From: a virus | Lineage: Duplodnaviria > Caudoviricetes | Reading direction: 5' to 3' (one strand) | Length of the DNA stretch: 47,122 nt | IMG/VR virus record: IMGVR_UViG_3300049143_000042 | Coordinates: 1-47,122 of that record | Shown here: positions 9,034-17,542 of the stretch, piece after piece | Numbering within the stretch: position 1 is the stretch's first letter | Layout of the letters: the number at the start of each line of letters is the position of its first letter | Program-made: the position numbers and the translations under genes | Notes under the pieces: generated by a model | What the model was told of the DNA's origin: nothing | Databases searched by the model: none | Seen by the model: only the letters and a program-made list of their open reading frames with translations

Positions 9034-9401
9034 GACGCCCTCCGCTGCTGCGCGGGGACCGGGCGGGGGGCGGCGATCTCGGCCGTCGCGTCCCGCATCT
9101 GGCCGAGGCCCGTGCCGTACACGCGGATCCGGCCGCCGTCCGCGACCCGGTCGAGGAGCTTCTCCATCCGCGCGTCGAACTCGTGACGGGCGTGGCTGTC
9201 GCTGCCCTGGTGCTGTGCCGACAGGGCGAGCTGGTGCATGTCGGCCATCTCCTCCGCGAACGTCATCGGGTCCTCGGCGGCCTCGGCGAACAGGTCCAGG
9301 AACAGGGCCCTGGTCAGCCACAGGGAGGCGTCGATGTCCACGCCGTCAGCGGTCGGGCGGAGGGTGATGGGGATCGGGGCGTCGATCTTGTAGTGCTTCA
9401 C
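9030..9401 (-). CDS. Hypothetical protein (123 aa)
   Basis: GGAGG RBS and GTG start MKHYKIDAPIPITL. Confidence 0.7.
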   Translation of the reverse strand: MKHYKIDAPIPITLRPTADGVDIDASLWLTRALFLDLFAEAAEDPMTFAEEMADMHQLALSAQHQGSDSHARHEFDARMEKLLDRVADGGRIRVYGTGLGQMRDATAEIAAPRPVPAQQRRAS

Positions 9402-9652
9402 GAGGTGCCTCCTCGGCGGTGGCGGCCACGGGCCGCAGAAGAAGAAGGGGAGAGGTGACCGGTCTGGGCCCAGTGCGGAAGCCGGGGCGGGGCCGGCTGG
9501 CGGCGAACCATCCGGGCCAGCGCACGGACGGCGCGGCGCGGGGACAGGTCGGCGTGGATCAGCAGGAAGAACGGGACCAGCGAGGCAGCGAACAGAGCGA
9601 CCGCGAGGAGCACGGCGGCCAGCACCTCGGCGCCGGTCTCTTGGCCGCTCAT
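9398..9652 (-). CDS. Small membrane protein (84 aa)
   Basis: ATGA overlap; TM segment VLAAVLLAVALFAASLVPFFLLI. Confidence 0.6.
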   Translation of the reverse strand: MSGQETGAEVLAAVLLAVALFAASLVPFFLLIHADLSPRRAVRALARMVRRQPAPPRLPHWAQTGHLSPSSSAARGRHRRGGTS

Positions 9653-10224
9653 TGCAGGGCGCCCGCGTAGGCGCAGCCTGTGTCGTGCTTCGGCTCGCAG
9701 GAGCACTTCGCGCACCCGGCGCACCACTTGCTCGGGCCGTCACCGCACTCGGTGCACGCGCCCGGCTCTCCGACGCGGAGAGCCTGCGTCGGCGCGAGCA
9801 GCCGCGTCAGCGCGTCACCGGACTGCGGGTCGCAGTCCTTCGCCCCGGCCAGCCGCGCCGTCGGGCACGGGTACGGCAGCGTTGGGTCGTCGCCCCGCAC
9901 CATCGCGTCCGCGTCGATGCACACCGGGCACGGGCCCATCGGCGAGTCCTTGTGCAGGTAGCGGATTTCCTCGGCCGCCTTCTCCAGCTCAGCGATCCGC
10001 TCGCGGAGCCGGGCGTTCTCGGCGTGCTCTCGCTTCAGCTCCGTCACCGACTCCTCGGCGACCCGCACCGCCTCGGCCGACAGCGACGCCATGTCCGCCG
10101 CCGTCTCCGGGGTCATCAGCAGGCCCGCCGACTCCAGCGCCAGAGCGATCCCCGCCGGCGTCCGGTTCTGCTCCAACGCCGCCAGGATCACCCCGGCCGC
10201 CGAGTTCACGCGCTTCGTGTTCAC
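9649..10224 (-). CDS. Hypothetical protein with coiled-coil and Cys clusters (191 aa)
   Basis: MNTKRVNSAAGVILAAL; CPVC, CTEC, CAGCAKC. Confidence 0.7.
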   Translation of the reverse strand: MNTKRVNSAAGVILAALEQNRTPAGIALALESAGLLMTPETAADMASLSAEAVRVAEESVTELKREHAENARLRERIAELEKAAEEIRYLHKDSPMGPCPVCIDADAMVRGDDPTLPYPCPTARLAGAKDCDPQSGDALTRLLAPTQALRVGEPGACTECGDGPSKWCAGCAKCSCEPKHDTGCAYAGALQ

Positions 10225-10634
10225 GCCGCCCTCCCCATCTCCACCGGGGCGAACTCGGCGTGCACCTCAGCGATCGCCGCGAGGTAGTTCTCCACCTGCC
10301 ACCGCTGCCACGACGACTGCCGCGGCCCGTAGTAGTCGAGGAACTCCTCGTCGACCTGCGCCAGACGGCGCTCCTCGACGTCCGCCCGCGGCGTCAACGG
10401 ACCGAACGCCCGCTCCACCTCACCGAGCGTCCACGGGTACGACTCGCCGTCCCCCGCGTCCTCCGGGTCCACCGGGCTGGTGCAGGCGAGGATCTGCTCC
10501 CCCGCCTTGTTGTGGCCGTTCAGCTCCCACACGTTGCCGCGGGCGTCCACGAACGACGGTTGCGGCAGCGGGGCCTCGTGCAGCGCGTACACCCTCACGC
10601 TGCTCGCCTGGTCGGTCTGCGATGATGTGGCCAC
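10221..10634 (-). CDS. Hypothetical phage protein (137 aa)
   Basis: RBS GAAGGAGAGG upstream; FVDARGNVW...WTLGEVERAFGPLT. Confidence 0.7.
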   Translation of the reverse strand: MATSSQTDQASSVRVYALHEAPLPQPSFVDARGNVWELNGHNKAGEQILACTSPVDPEDAGDGESYPWTLGEVERAFGPLTPRADVEERRLAQVDEEFLDYYGPRQSSWQRWQVENYLAAIAEVHAEFAPVEMGRAA

Positions 10635-10724
10635 GGTGGCCTCTCCTTCTCTGGTTGGTAGTGGTCGCCGAGTCGTGGGGTCGCCAGGCCGGTCAAAGCG
10701 GGCGGCCCTTCGGCGTTTCCGGGG

Positions 10725-11039
10725 TCAGGCCTTGGCGAGAGCCGGCCTGCGGGCGGGCGCCTGGCGACGACGGGGCCGCGGGATCGTCCGGCCGGTGCGC
10801 GGGTCGCCGGCGGAGCGGACGGCGTGGATCGCGGCGCGCTGCTCCCGGTCGGTGACGATCCGGCCTCGCTCGCCGTTCCGGCCGCAGAGGTGGGGGTTCT
10901 TCCGGAGGAGTTCGCGCAGCCACTTCATCCCGACGCGCAGGACGTAAGCCGTCTCTTGGACGGTCATGTACTCCTGCTCCGGGTCAGCCGGCGGCTGCGG
11001 CTGGTGGTACTGCCTCTTGTCCGTGGACACGGGGGTCAC
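10725..11039 (-). CDS. Excisionase-like HTH DNA-binding protein
   Basis: YMTVQETAYVLRVGMKWLRELL (Xis/MerR-like HTH) directly downstream of the cro-like gene. Confidence 0.7.
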   Translation of the reverse strand: MTPVSTDKRQYHQPQPPADPEQEYMTVQETAYVLRVGMKWLRELLRKNPHLCGRNGERGRIVTDREQRAAIHAVRSAGDPRTGRTIPRPRRRQAPARRPALAKA

Positions 11040-11293
11040 TGCCTTTCGTGGGGTGGGTCCTCGGTGGGGCGAGGAGGCGTGCGCCGTATGCGTGAGTCGG
11101 GCGCGTTCAGGGCGTCGCGGAGACGGCGGTACGTCGGGGGCCGCATGCGGTCGCGGGTGCCGTTCTCCAGGTGGCTGACGTAGCGGGGGCTGATTCCCGC
11201 CTGTCTGGCCAGCTCCTCCTGGGTGAGCCCCGCGTCCATGCGCTCCTCGCGGATCGCGTCCCCGTTGACCTCGAAGGTCGGGGGTTGGTGCAT
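11036..11293 (-). CDS. Cro-like XRE HTH regulator
   Basis: IREERMDAGLTQEELARQAGISPRYVSHLENG; divergent from the repressor. Confidence 0.88.
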   Translation of the reverse strand: MHQPPTFEVNGDAIREERMDAGLTQEELARQAGISPRYVSHLENGTRDRMRPPTYRRLRDALNAPDSRIRRTPPRPTEDPPHERQ

Positions 11294-11468
11294 GCCTAGA
11301 AACTAACCCTAGTTGACCCTGGTTGTCTACCCCGTGCTGGATGTTACTGACCCGTGTTGACCTTGAGCTGGCATATGCGCTGGTCAGAGATGGACGCAAG
11401 TTCACGAGAACCGGCCGTTTACTCAACTGGAACTGGTTGGAACTGGCTGGCCCTGCGAAGATGTCGAC
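11294..11468. promoter_or_regulatory. Divergent lysis-lysogeny switch region
   Basis: Lower-GC gap between two XRE genes, with 10-bp-periodic repeats AACCCTAGTT/GACCCTGGTT and TGGAACTGGT/TGGAACTGGC. Confidence 0.7.
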
Positions 11469-11879
11469 ATGACCACTCGGGAACTCGACCGGCTTGCGCA
11501 GCGCGTGAAGGCGCACCGCATGGAGCAGTACCGCTCACGCGACGCAGCAGCAGACGCTGCGGGCATCACCAGGAACACCTGGAAGCGCGTCGAGGAGGGG
11601 CAAGAGGTCCGCGAGTCGACTTACGCGAAGATCGACAAGGCCCTCGGTTGGGCCATCGGCAGCTGCCTCGCCATCGCCGAAGGCGGCAGCCCCATCGCCG
11701 CAGACACCACCGCCGGCGATGCGCCAGCCACGACGCTCACGGAGGAGCAGGCGAAGAAGGCCGTGTTCGACGCCGCGAGGTCAACCCTCCCGACTGCCCC
11801 GTTCGGTGAACTTGACGCCTTCAGTGACGAGCTTGTGGAGATCTTGCGAAGGGCGGGCGCCGTGAGGGATGGCGACTGA
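11469..11879 (+). CDS. CI-like immunity repressor (XRE HTH)
   Basis: SRDAAADAAGITRNTWKRVEEG HTH; upstream of the integrase, divergent from cro. Confidence 0.82.
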   Translation: MTTRELDRLAQRVKAHRMEQYRSRDAAADAAGITRNTWKRVEEGQEVRESTYAKIDKALGWAIGSCLAIAEGGSPIAADTTAGDAPATTLTEEQAKKAVFDAARSTLPTAPFGELDAFSDELVEILRRAGAVRDGD

Positions 11880-12034
11880 ACTGGAGCAATCCGCAGTACA
11901 ACCTTTTTGTCGTTACCTAAACGTTACGTTGACGGGCTGATGAAAGCTCAACAAAGTGTGGCCGCGCGTGTGTTCGCCATGTAACTCTGGGCTCATCCAC
12001 CCGGGGAGGTTCCCGACGGTACTTAGGGGGACCG

Positions 12035-12238
12035 GTGAGTAATGTCATCTACCTGGATCTCGGATCGGACAGCACCTTCTTGGGCTACCCGACCGAGATC
12101 GGCGGAGAGATGGTGTGTGTCCTGTCCTCCAGGACCGCTGCAGACCGCGTCATTCAGGGACGCACGAGGCGGTTCATGAAGGCCGAGGGCCGTGACTGCG
12201 GAACCTGCGGCGGCTGCCCCATCGGGCAGGCATCGTAG
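12035..12238 (+). CDS. Small protein with C-terminal CxxCxxC (67 aa)
   Basis: AGGGGGA RBS-like sequence; DCGTCGGCP. Confidence 0.6.
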   Translation: MSNVIYLDLGSDSTFLGYPTEIGGEMVCVLSSRTAADRVIQGRTRRFMKAEGRDCGTCGGCPIGQAS

Positions 12239-12330
12239 GCACCACAGACACAAGAGGGAGAGGTCGGCGGTAGGGGTACCCGCCGACACCTTCCGCACCA
12301 ACTCGCTCGAATCTCCGGGGAAATGGCCTC

Positions 12331-13698
12331 ATGCCCTACGTCGAAGCCCGTGGCAACTCCATCCGCGTGAAGTGGTGGTCCGGTGAGTACCGCCTCGACG
12401 CCGACGGCAAGCCGACGAAGAAGAAGATCTACGACAGCGCGTCCGGACCCGAGCCCGGCGTCCAATTCGCAACGGAAGACGAGGCCTACAACTTCGGCCT
12501 CGACCGCGAGTCCGACGTGCGGAACCGGCGGAACCGACGCAAGAGCACCGACCGCGTCAACATGGGCGACTACTGCGACACCTGGCTGAAGGACACCAGC
12601 CTCCGCCCCCAGTCCAACACGACCTACCGCAAGCGCATCGAGTCCGTCATCAAGCCGTACTGGGCCACGTGGATGGTCGACGAGATCACGCCCATCGAGT
12701 GCGACACCTTCGAGCGGCACATCCGCGGGCGGTACTCCGACAACTACGCGAAAGCCTTGCTCGGCCAGTTCACGACGCTGATGAACGACGCCGTCGTGAG
12801 GTACCGGCTCCGCGACGAGTCGCCCATCATCAAGCAGCGGCGCCGCGGCAAGTACCAGAAGAAGATGGCTCGCCGGCCGAAGCGCGCACTGCCCATCACC
12901 GCCGTCCACCAACTCGCGTCGAACGCCTACACCGTGTGGGGGTTCCCAGGGTGGGTGTACATCTGGACCATCGCGTTCACCGGGGCCCGGCCGCCCGGTG
13001 AGATGTACGGGCTGCAGCGCGGCTACTCGTCCGTGTGCTGGCCGCAGTCGGAACCAGACCCCGATGCCCGGGCAGAGGCCCTCGCCCGGTACGAGCACCT
13101 GAAGGCGCTTCGCATCGAGTACCAGGCGTACAAGGTGGGCCGTGAGTCGTTCCTCGCATCCCCGAAGTACGACTCCCACCGAACGCTGGTGATCCCGCCC
13201 TTCCTGCACGACATGCACGCCGCGCTGCTGGCCTCCCACGACCAGCCGTGGGTGTTCCTGTCCATCGCCGGGAAGCCCATGCTGGGCACCAACTTCGACG
13301 ACACGTACTGGTACCCCATCCGCGACGGTGCGGACGCCCGGCCGGCCAGCCCGCAGACACGGCGCCCGGCCCGGCCGAAGATTCCCGCTGTCCCCGAGAT
13401 GGCCGGCGAGGCCATCTATCGCCTGCGGCACTGGCACAAGGCGAAGCTGGACGAGCCGGGCGACATCCCGCGGGTGGCGGTCGAGGCACGGATGGGGCAC
13501 GAGCTGCCCGGTGTCGAGGGGGTGTACAGCGAGGTGACGGTTCCGATGGAGGAGAGGATCGTGAGCTATCTGCAGGGGGTGTGGGAGAAAGAGGTTGTCG
13601 GCGGGGGTCTGTGGACCCCGTCATTTCCCATGCCTCTCCCAGAGGATCGCCGCAGAGAGGCGTCGTCCCTGTTCAGCGGCTTTCCGGTGCTGGAGTAG
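12331..13698 (+). CDS. int: Tyrosine integrase
   Basis: FTGAR (R), PKY (K), YRLRH (variant HxxR), RMGH (H), GVYS (Y); N-terminal arm-binding-like region. Confidence 0.93.
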   Translation: MPYVEARGNSIRVKWWSGEYRLDADGKPTKKKIYDSASGPEPGVQFATEDEAYNFGLDRESDVRNRRNRRKSTDRVNMGDYCDTWLKDTSLRPQSNTTYRKRIESVIKPYWATWMVDEITPIECDTFERHIRGRYSDNYAKALLGQFTTLMNDAVVRYRLRDESPIIKQRRRGKYQKKMARRPKRALPITAVHQLASNAYTVWGFPGWVYIWTIAFTGARPPGEMYGLQRGYSSVCWPQSEPDPDARAEALARYEHLKALRIEYQAYKVGRESFLASPKYDSHRTLVIPPFLHDMHAALLASHDQPWVFLSIAGKPMLGTNFDDTYWYPIRDGADARPASPQTRRPARPKIPAVPEMAGEAIYRLRHWHKAKLDEPGDIPRVAVEARMGHELPGVEGVYSEVTVPMEERIVSYLQGVWEKEVVGGGLWTPSFPMPLPEDRRREASSLFSGFPVLE

Positions 13699-13860
13699 AG
13701 GGGATCGGCAGAATCACCGGTCTCGTGGGGTTTCTTGCCGGTCGGAGGGTTGGCCTGCTGGTTCTCTCGCAGGTAGGTGACCCAGGTTGATCGTGGGTGA
13801 CCTAGGTTGACCCTGGTGGGCAAGATCTGTCTCCCATGCGTCTCCCATGGGAAATGACGA

Positions 13861-13893
13861 GCGGCCCCCGGCGACTGCTACGCCGGGGGCCGC
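13861..13893. terminator. Hairpin downstream of the integrase
   Basis: GCGGCCCCCGGCG-actgcta-CGCCGGGGGCCGC, 13-bp stem. Confidence 0.7.
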
Positions 13894-13995
13894 TTCGCGC
13901 TGACCAGAGTGGGGCCTGCCACCCGGGGAGGCGACTGATACCCCACCCTGGCCACCCTGTTCTAACGCGTGCATCATGCAATAGTCACGCGTTAT

Positions 13996-14011
13996 TCGTT
14001 CACTCGTTCGA
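13996..14011 (-). promoter_or_regulatory. Putative LexA (SOS) box
   Basis: Minus strand TCGAACGAGTGAACGA fits the actinobacterial TCGAAC-N4-GNNCGA pattern. Confidence 0.5.
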
Positions 14012-14358
14012 GTGAGTTTGCTTTCCCTTTGCCCGGGGACCGGGGTGGACCGCCCGCTCGCCGACGAGGGGGTACTCACGACGAGCGGACGGCCACGTCG
14101 ACACGGACCGGCTCAGGGCCCGCGTCGAGCTGCGCGCGAGGGCGGTCTGCCACCCTCGCCAGAATCGGATCCCGAGGCAACCGTGTGCAGATGGCGCGCG
14201 CCTGCTGACACTTCACACGGGGTGCGGGATACGCACGCTCTGTTCAGCTATAGCGAGGGGTTACCCCTCTGACCTGCGGGTCGAGTGCCCACCGTAGATC
14301 ACAAAATGTACGGTCGGCTATACAGACTCAAGATCGATTCGGCGGAAACGTTGCCCGA

Positions 14359-14625
14359 GTGCCTCCTGCTCCGCCGCCCGACTGGGTCCTCGACCACCGT
14401 CGGCTCGTCGGTGCCCGAATCCGGGCAGCCCGATTACACGCCAACCTCACCCAGGAGAAACTCGCCGAACTCGCGGGCCTCGACCGGCAGGCCATCAACC
14501 GCATCGAGAACGGGCACGCATCACCCCTCCTCGACAACCTGCTCCGCATCGCCCGCGCCGTCGGCACCGACCCGGGCGACCTCATCAGATGGCCCGCCAC
14601 CAGCACGACGGGGAACGACCAGTGA
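14359..14625 (+). CDS. XRE-family HTH regulator (88 aa)
   Basis: IRAARLHANLTQEKLAELAGLDRQAINRIENG. Confidence 0.88.
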   Translation: MPPAPPPDWVLDHRRLVGARIRAARLHANLTQEKLAELAGLDRQAINRIENGHASPLLDNLLRIARAVGTDPGDLIRWPATSTTGNDQ

Positions 14626-14639
14626 CGGGCCACGTCCCG

Positions 14640-14822
14640 CTACCGGCTCGGCCGGCGGGATGCGAGCCGGGAACGGAACGTCTCAGGGCCACCGCCGTAG
14701 GGCGTCCAGCATCCGCCGCCGTGTCCGGGCTCGCGGCAGCAGTGCAGCTGACGCGGGCCGAACATCTTCCAGCAGTACCCGGCGGCGCGGCCGGCGGCGA
14801 CACTGGCCTCGGACTGGGCCAT
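14640..14822 (-). CDS. Small Cys/His-rich protein (60 aa)
   Basis: TGATG overlap; YCW...LHCCREPGHGGGCW. Confidence 0.5.
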   Translation of the reverse strand: MAQSEASVAAGRAAGYCWKMFGPRQLHCCREPGHGGGCWTPYGGGPETFRSRLASRRPSR

Positions 14823-15184
14823 CAGCGGTCCGCCTTCGTGAGGCGGTACAGGGCCCGACCCGTCTCGCAAAGCTTCCGGTCGTCGACGCACTGCTCACAG
14901 CATGAGCCGTGAACGATGACCGCGGAGCGGGCGCGCGCGGCAAGGTGGTGACGGCAGGTCCGCGGGAACCAACGGCCGGCCGGACCGACCGCCTCCCCGA
15001 GGTCGACAGCCGTCTCCGCCGTGAGTTGGTCGGTACCCCAGACGCAGACGGCGCCGCGAACCTGGTCCGAGGTCAGCGCTTCGAAGTCGGGCACCGCGAG
15101 GCTCTCCAGCACATCCGGCGCTGCGAGGCTATCCAGCACGTCGGGCTGTATGGCGTGCGCACTGGTTGCTGCGTCACTCGTCAT
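14822..15184 (-). CDS. Cys-rich hypothetical protein divergent from the XRE-TPR regulator (120 aa)
   Basis: GGAGG RBS; QVRGAVCVW...AVDLG...WFPRTC...HGSCCEQC...C. Confidence 0.65.
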   Translation of the reverse strand: MTSDAATSAHAIQPDVLDSLAAPDVLESLAVPDFEALTSDQVRGAVCVWGTDQLTAETAVDLGEAVGPAGRWFPRTCRHHLAARARSAVIVHGSCCEQCVDDRKLCETGRALYRLTKADR

Positions 15185-15253
15185 GGCGAGGGCCTCCACA
15201 GTCACGGTGTTCCGTCTCACACACGGAAGGTAGGACGCGGTACAACAGAGGTG

Positions 15254-15272
15254 GGCACGCAAAGTGCGTGCC
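15254..15272. promoter_or_regulatory. Palindromic operator candidate
   Basis: GGCACGCA-AAG-TGCGTGCC perfect inverted repeat between divergent genes. Confidence 0.6.
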
Positions 15273-15290
15273 TTCGCTCGGGGGCTCGTA

Positions 15291-16502
15291 ATGGACACTG
15301 GCATCGGCCGCCGCATCGCCTACTGGCGCGACCGGCGCGGCTTCACTCAGACCGACTTCGGCCAGCTCATGGGGCAGACGAAGCGCTGGGTGCAGGACAT
15401 CGAGGGCGGGAAGCGGCAGCAAGACCCGCGACTGTCGGTGCTGGTGCGCGCGGCTGAAGTCCTGCGCATCCCCTTGGAGCAACTCTTGACGGACAGTCCG
15501 CCCGCACCCCCCGTGGGCAGCGGGCCCCCCGCCGAGGCGCTAGGCGTCATCGACGCCCTGTACCACCCTGCCGCCGACACCGACCCTCCCCCGCTGCCTG
15601 TGCTGCAGCGGCGGCTCGTCTACTGCTGCGAAGCGTTCCAGGCCTGCCACTACAAGACGCTCGCCCGCGAGCTGCCAGCCCTGATTGTCGGCGCCGGCCA
15701 GGCCGCCCACGCCGCCCCGGTCGGCGCGCAGTCCGAAGCGCAGGCCGTACTGTCCCGGGTGTACCAGCTCGTGACGTCGTACCTCCACAAGTACGGACAG
15801 GCCACGGCGATCCAGGCCGCGCTCGCCGCGGACCGGGCGCTCGTCGCCGCCGAACGGTCCGGGAACCCCGTGCAGATAGGGGCCGCCGCCCGACGCGTAG
15901 CAAAGTCCCTCGTCTACCAGCAGCGGCCCGAGACCGCGGTGGAGTTCGCAACCGCCGCCGCTCGCCGGCTCGAAGGCGGCCTCGTCGAGCAGGGCCCGCT
16001 CGGCCTGTCCACGCTCGGCATGCTGTACCTGTCCGCCGCGCTCGCCGCATCCTCGCAGGACCGCACCACCTCCCGTGTCCGTGCGGCCACCGACTACGTC
16101 GACGAGGCCGGCGAAGTCGCGGACCGGCAGGGCGGCGACCGGGACGAGGACTACACGATGTTCGGGCCGACGAACGTCGGACTGCACCGGGTGGACATGC
16201 TGATCCGGTTCGAAGACGGCTGGTCAGCGCTCGAAGCCGCCGACGACCTGGACGCGGAGGCGCTGGCCGGGCTGAGCCGGGAGCGGCAGGCCGGGCACCA
16301 GGTTGCGATGGCACGCGCTTCGCTCTTGACACGCCGGAAGGACGCTGCCGCGAGCGCGCTGCTGAAGGCCGACCGGCTGGCGCCCGAGGAGGTGCGCGGT
16401 ACGCCGGCCACGGTGAACTTGGTGAAGGACGTGGTCGGGGCGACCGCGGCCCCGTCAGGGGAGTTGCGTGCGCTGGCCGGGCGTTGTGGACTGCGCGCAT
16501 GA
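15291..16502 (+). CDS. XRE-HTH regulator with long helical (TPR-like) C-terminal domain
   Basis: N-terminal IAYWRDRRGFTQTDFGQLMGQTKRWVQDIEGG; Ala-rich helical region with FGPTNV and APEEVR motifs. Confidence 0.85.
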   Translation: MDTGIGRRIAYWRDRRGFTQTDFGQLMGQTKRWVQDIEGGKRQQDPRLSVLVRAAEVLRIPLEQLLTDSPPAPPVGSGPPAEALGVIDALYHPAADTDPPPLPVLQRRLVYCCEAFQACHYKTLARELPALIVGAGQAAHAAPVGAQSEAQAVLSRVYQLVTSYLHKYGQATAIQAALAADRALVAAERSGNPVQIGAAARRVAKSLVYQQRPETAVEFATAAARRLEGGLVEQGPLGLSTLGMLYLSAALAASSQDRTTSRVRAATDYVDEAGEVADRQGGDRDEDYTMFGPTNVGLHRVDMLIRFEDGWSALEAADDLDAEALAGLSRERQAGHQVAMARASLLTRRKDAAASALLKADRLAPEEVRGTPATVNLVKDVVGATAAPSGELRALAGRCGLRA

Positions 16503-17041
16503 CTCGTGTGCTCTACCTCATCGCCTGCGCTGCCGGGCCCGCCCAGTACGTCGACGACGGTGTCCGCGCCGCCCAGGCCGACGGCTGGGACGTCTGCCTG
16601 ATCCTCACCCCATCCGCCGCGGCGTGGTGGGAGCCGCGGATGCAGGAGCTCGCCGACCTGACCGGGCATCCGGTGCGGTCGCGGTACAAGCTGCCGTGGG
16701 AGAGGGACGCGTTGCCGAAGGCGGACGCGATGCTGGTCGCGCCGATGTCGTGCACCACGCTGAACAAGTGGGGTGCCGGGATCAGTGACACGCTGGCGAT
16801 CGGGTTGCCGTCGGAGGGCGTGCATATGGGTGTGCCGGTGGTGGCGATGCCGTACTTCAACCGGGCTCAGGGCGCGCAGCCTGCGGTCGCGCGGTCGGTT
16901 GCGGCGCTGCGGGAGCAGGGCGTTCTGGTGCTGGACGGGCCGGACGGGTACGAGTCACATCCGCCGAAGCAGGGAGACCCGAAGGGGTTCCCGTGGGAGA
17001 GGGCGCTCGCTGGGGTGCGGCGTCAGGTCGGACGCCCGTAG
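16499..17041 (+). CDS. HFCD-superfamily flavoprotein (CoaC/EpiD-like fold), atypical active site
   Basis: LYLIACAA, ILTPSA, ADAMLVAPMSCTTLNKWGAGISDTL, VVAMPYFN; ATGA-coupled to the regulator. Confidence 0.85.
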   Translation: MTRVLYLIACAAGPAQYVDDGVRAAQADGWDVCLILTPSAAAWWEPRMQELADLTGHPVRSRYKLPWERDALPKADAMLVAPMSCTTLNKWGAGISDTLAIGLPSEGVHMGVPVVAMPYFNRAQGAQPAVARSVAALREQGVLVLDGPDGYESHPPKQGDPKGFPWERALAGVRRQVGRP

Positions 17042-17050
17042 GCTTGGATC

Positions 17051-17230
17051 ATGTCCCCCGAATTCACGACCGTTGGGTCTGCGCGTCCTGCTGACGAGGT
17101 CCAGTCGGAGATCCGCAGCCTGCTGCAGTCGACGGGCGGATGGCTGTGGGGGCCGACGCGGGAGCTGTACGAGCGGCTGCGGGACGAGTGGATCGCGGCG
17201 GTGCGCGAGGAGATGACGACGGCGGCATAG
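17051..17230 (+). CDS. Small hypothetical protein (59 aa)
   Basis: Manual translation MSPEFTTVGSARPADEVQSEIRSLL...YERLRDEWIAAVR; TAGGCT 6 nt upstream. Confidence 0.6.
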   Translation: MSPEFTTVGSARPADEVQSEIRSLLQSTGGWLWGPTRELYERLRDEWIAAVREEMTTAA

Positions 17231-17241
17231 GATCCTCGTTC

Positions 17242-17478
17242 GTGGCACACACCTTCGAAGATCTCGTGAAGCTGGAGCAGGAAGCCGAGGCGGCGCACGC
17301 GCGCTACACGGCACCCGGTGTCGATGACCTGGATGCCGCCCGTCGGTCCTGGGTCGAGGCGGCGGCAGCGTTTCAGGCCGCTGTCGTCGAACACGCCGCG
17401 GCCGAGGGAAGGTCTCGGTACGAGGTAGAGATGGCGGCCAAGCAGGCCGTCCGGCACCCGGAGCCCGTCGCCTCCTGA
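17242..17478 (+). CDS. Small helical hypothetical protein (78 aa)
   Basis: MAHTFEDLVKLEQEAEAAH...RYEVEMAAKQAVRHPE. Confidence 0.65.
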   Translation: MAHTFEDLVKLEQEAEAAHARYTAPGVDDLDAARRSWVEAAAAFQAAVVEHAAAEGRSRYEVEMAAKQAVRHPEPVAS

Positions 17479-17498
17479 AGACGCCGGGGATACGTTGA

Positions 17499-17530
17499 GG
17501 GCCCCGCCCGCCGTAGCGGTACGGGGCCCT
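17499..17530. terminator. Hairpin between the accessory genes and the convergent lysis operon
   Basis: AGGGCCCCG...CGGGGCCCT inverted repeat. Confidence 0.55.
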
Positions 17531-17542
17531 GCGTGCGCCCGG

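Larger units (their letters stand above)
13699..14020. other. Candidate attP region
   Basis: Non-coding DNA 3' of int with GTCTCCCATG x2 (13829, 13840) and a 10-bp-periodic array at 13776-13817; core not identified. Confidence 0.55.

Noticed and set aside
13900-13990. tRNA, tmRNA or other ncRNA fragment as the att core
   Set aside because: No TpsiC arm or CCA-ending stem recognised; TCTAACGCGTGCATCATGCA is only an unverified candidate core.
14012-14300. Small ORFs downstream of the att region
   Set aside because: No convincing start/RBS or protein motif in any frame; left unannotated.
15096-15148. 27-bp tandem duplication encoding PDVLDSLAA/PDVLESLAV
   Set aside because: In-frame two-copy duplication with no evidence of function.
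16499-17041. LanD of a RiPP cluster
   Set aside because: No lanthipeptide synthetase or Cys-terminated precursor nearby, and the catalytic motifs are atypical.
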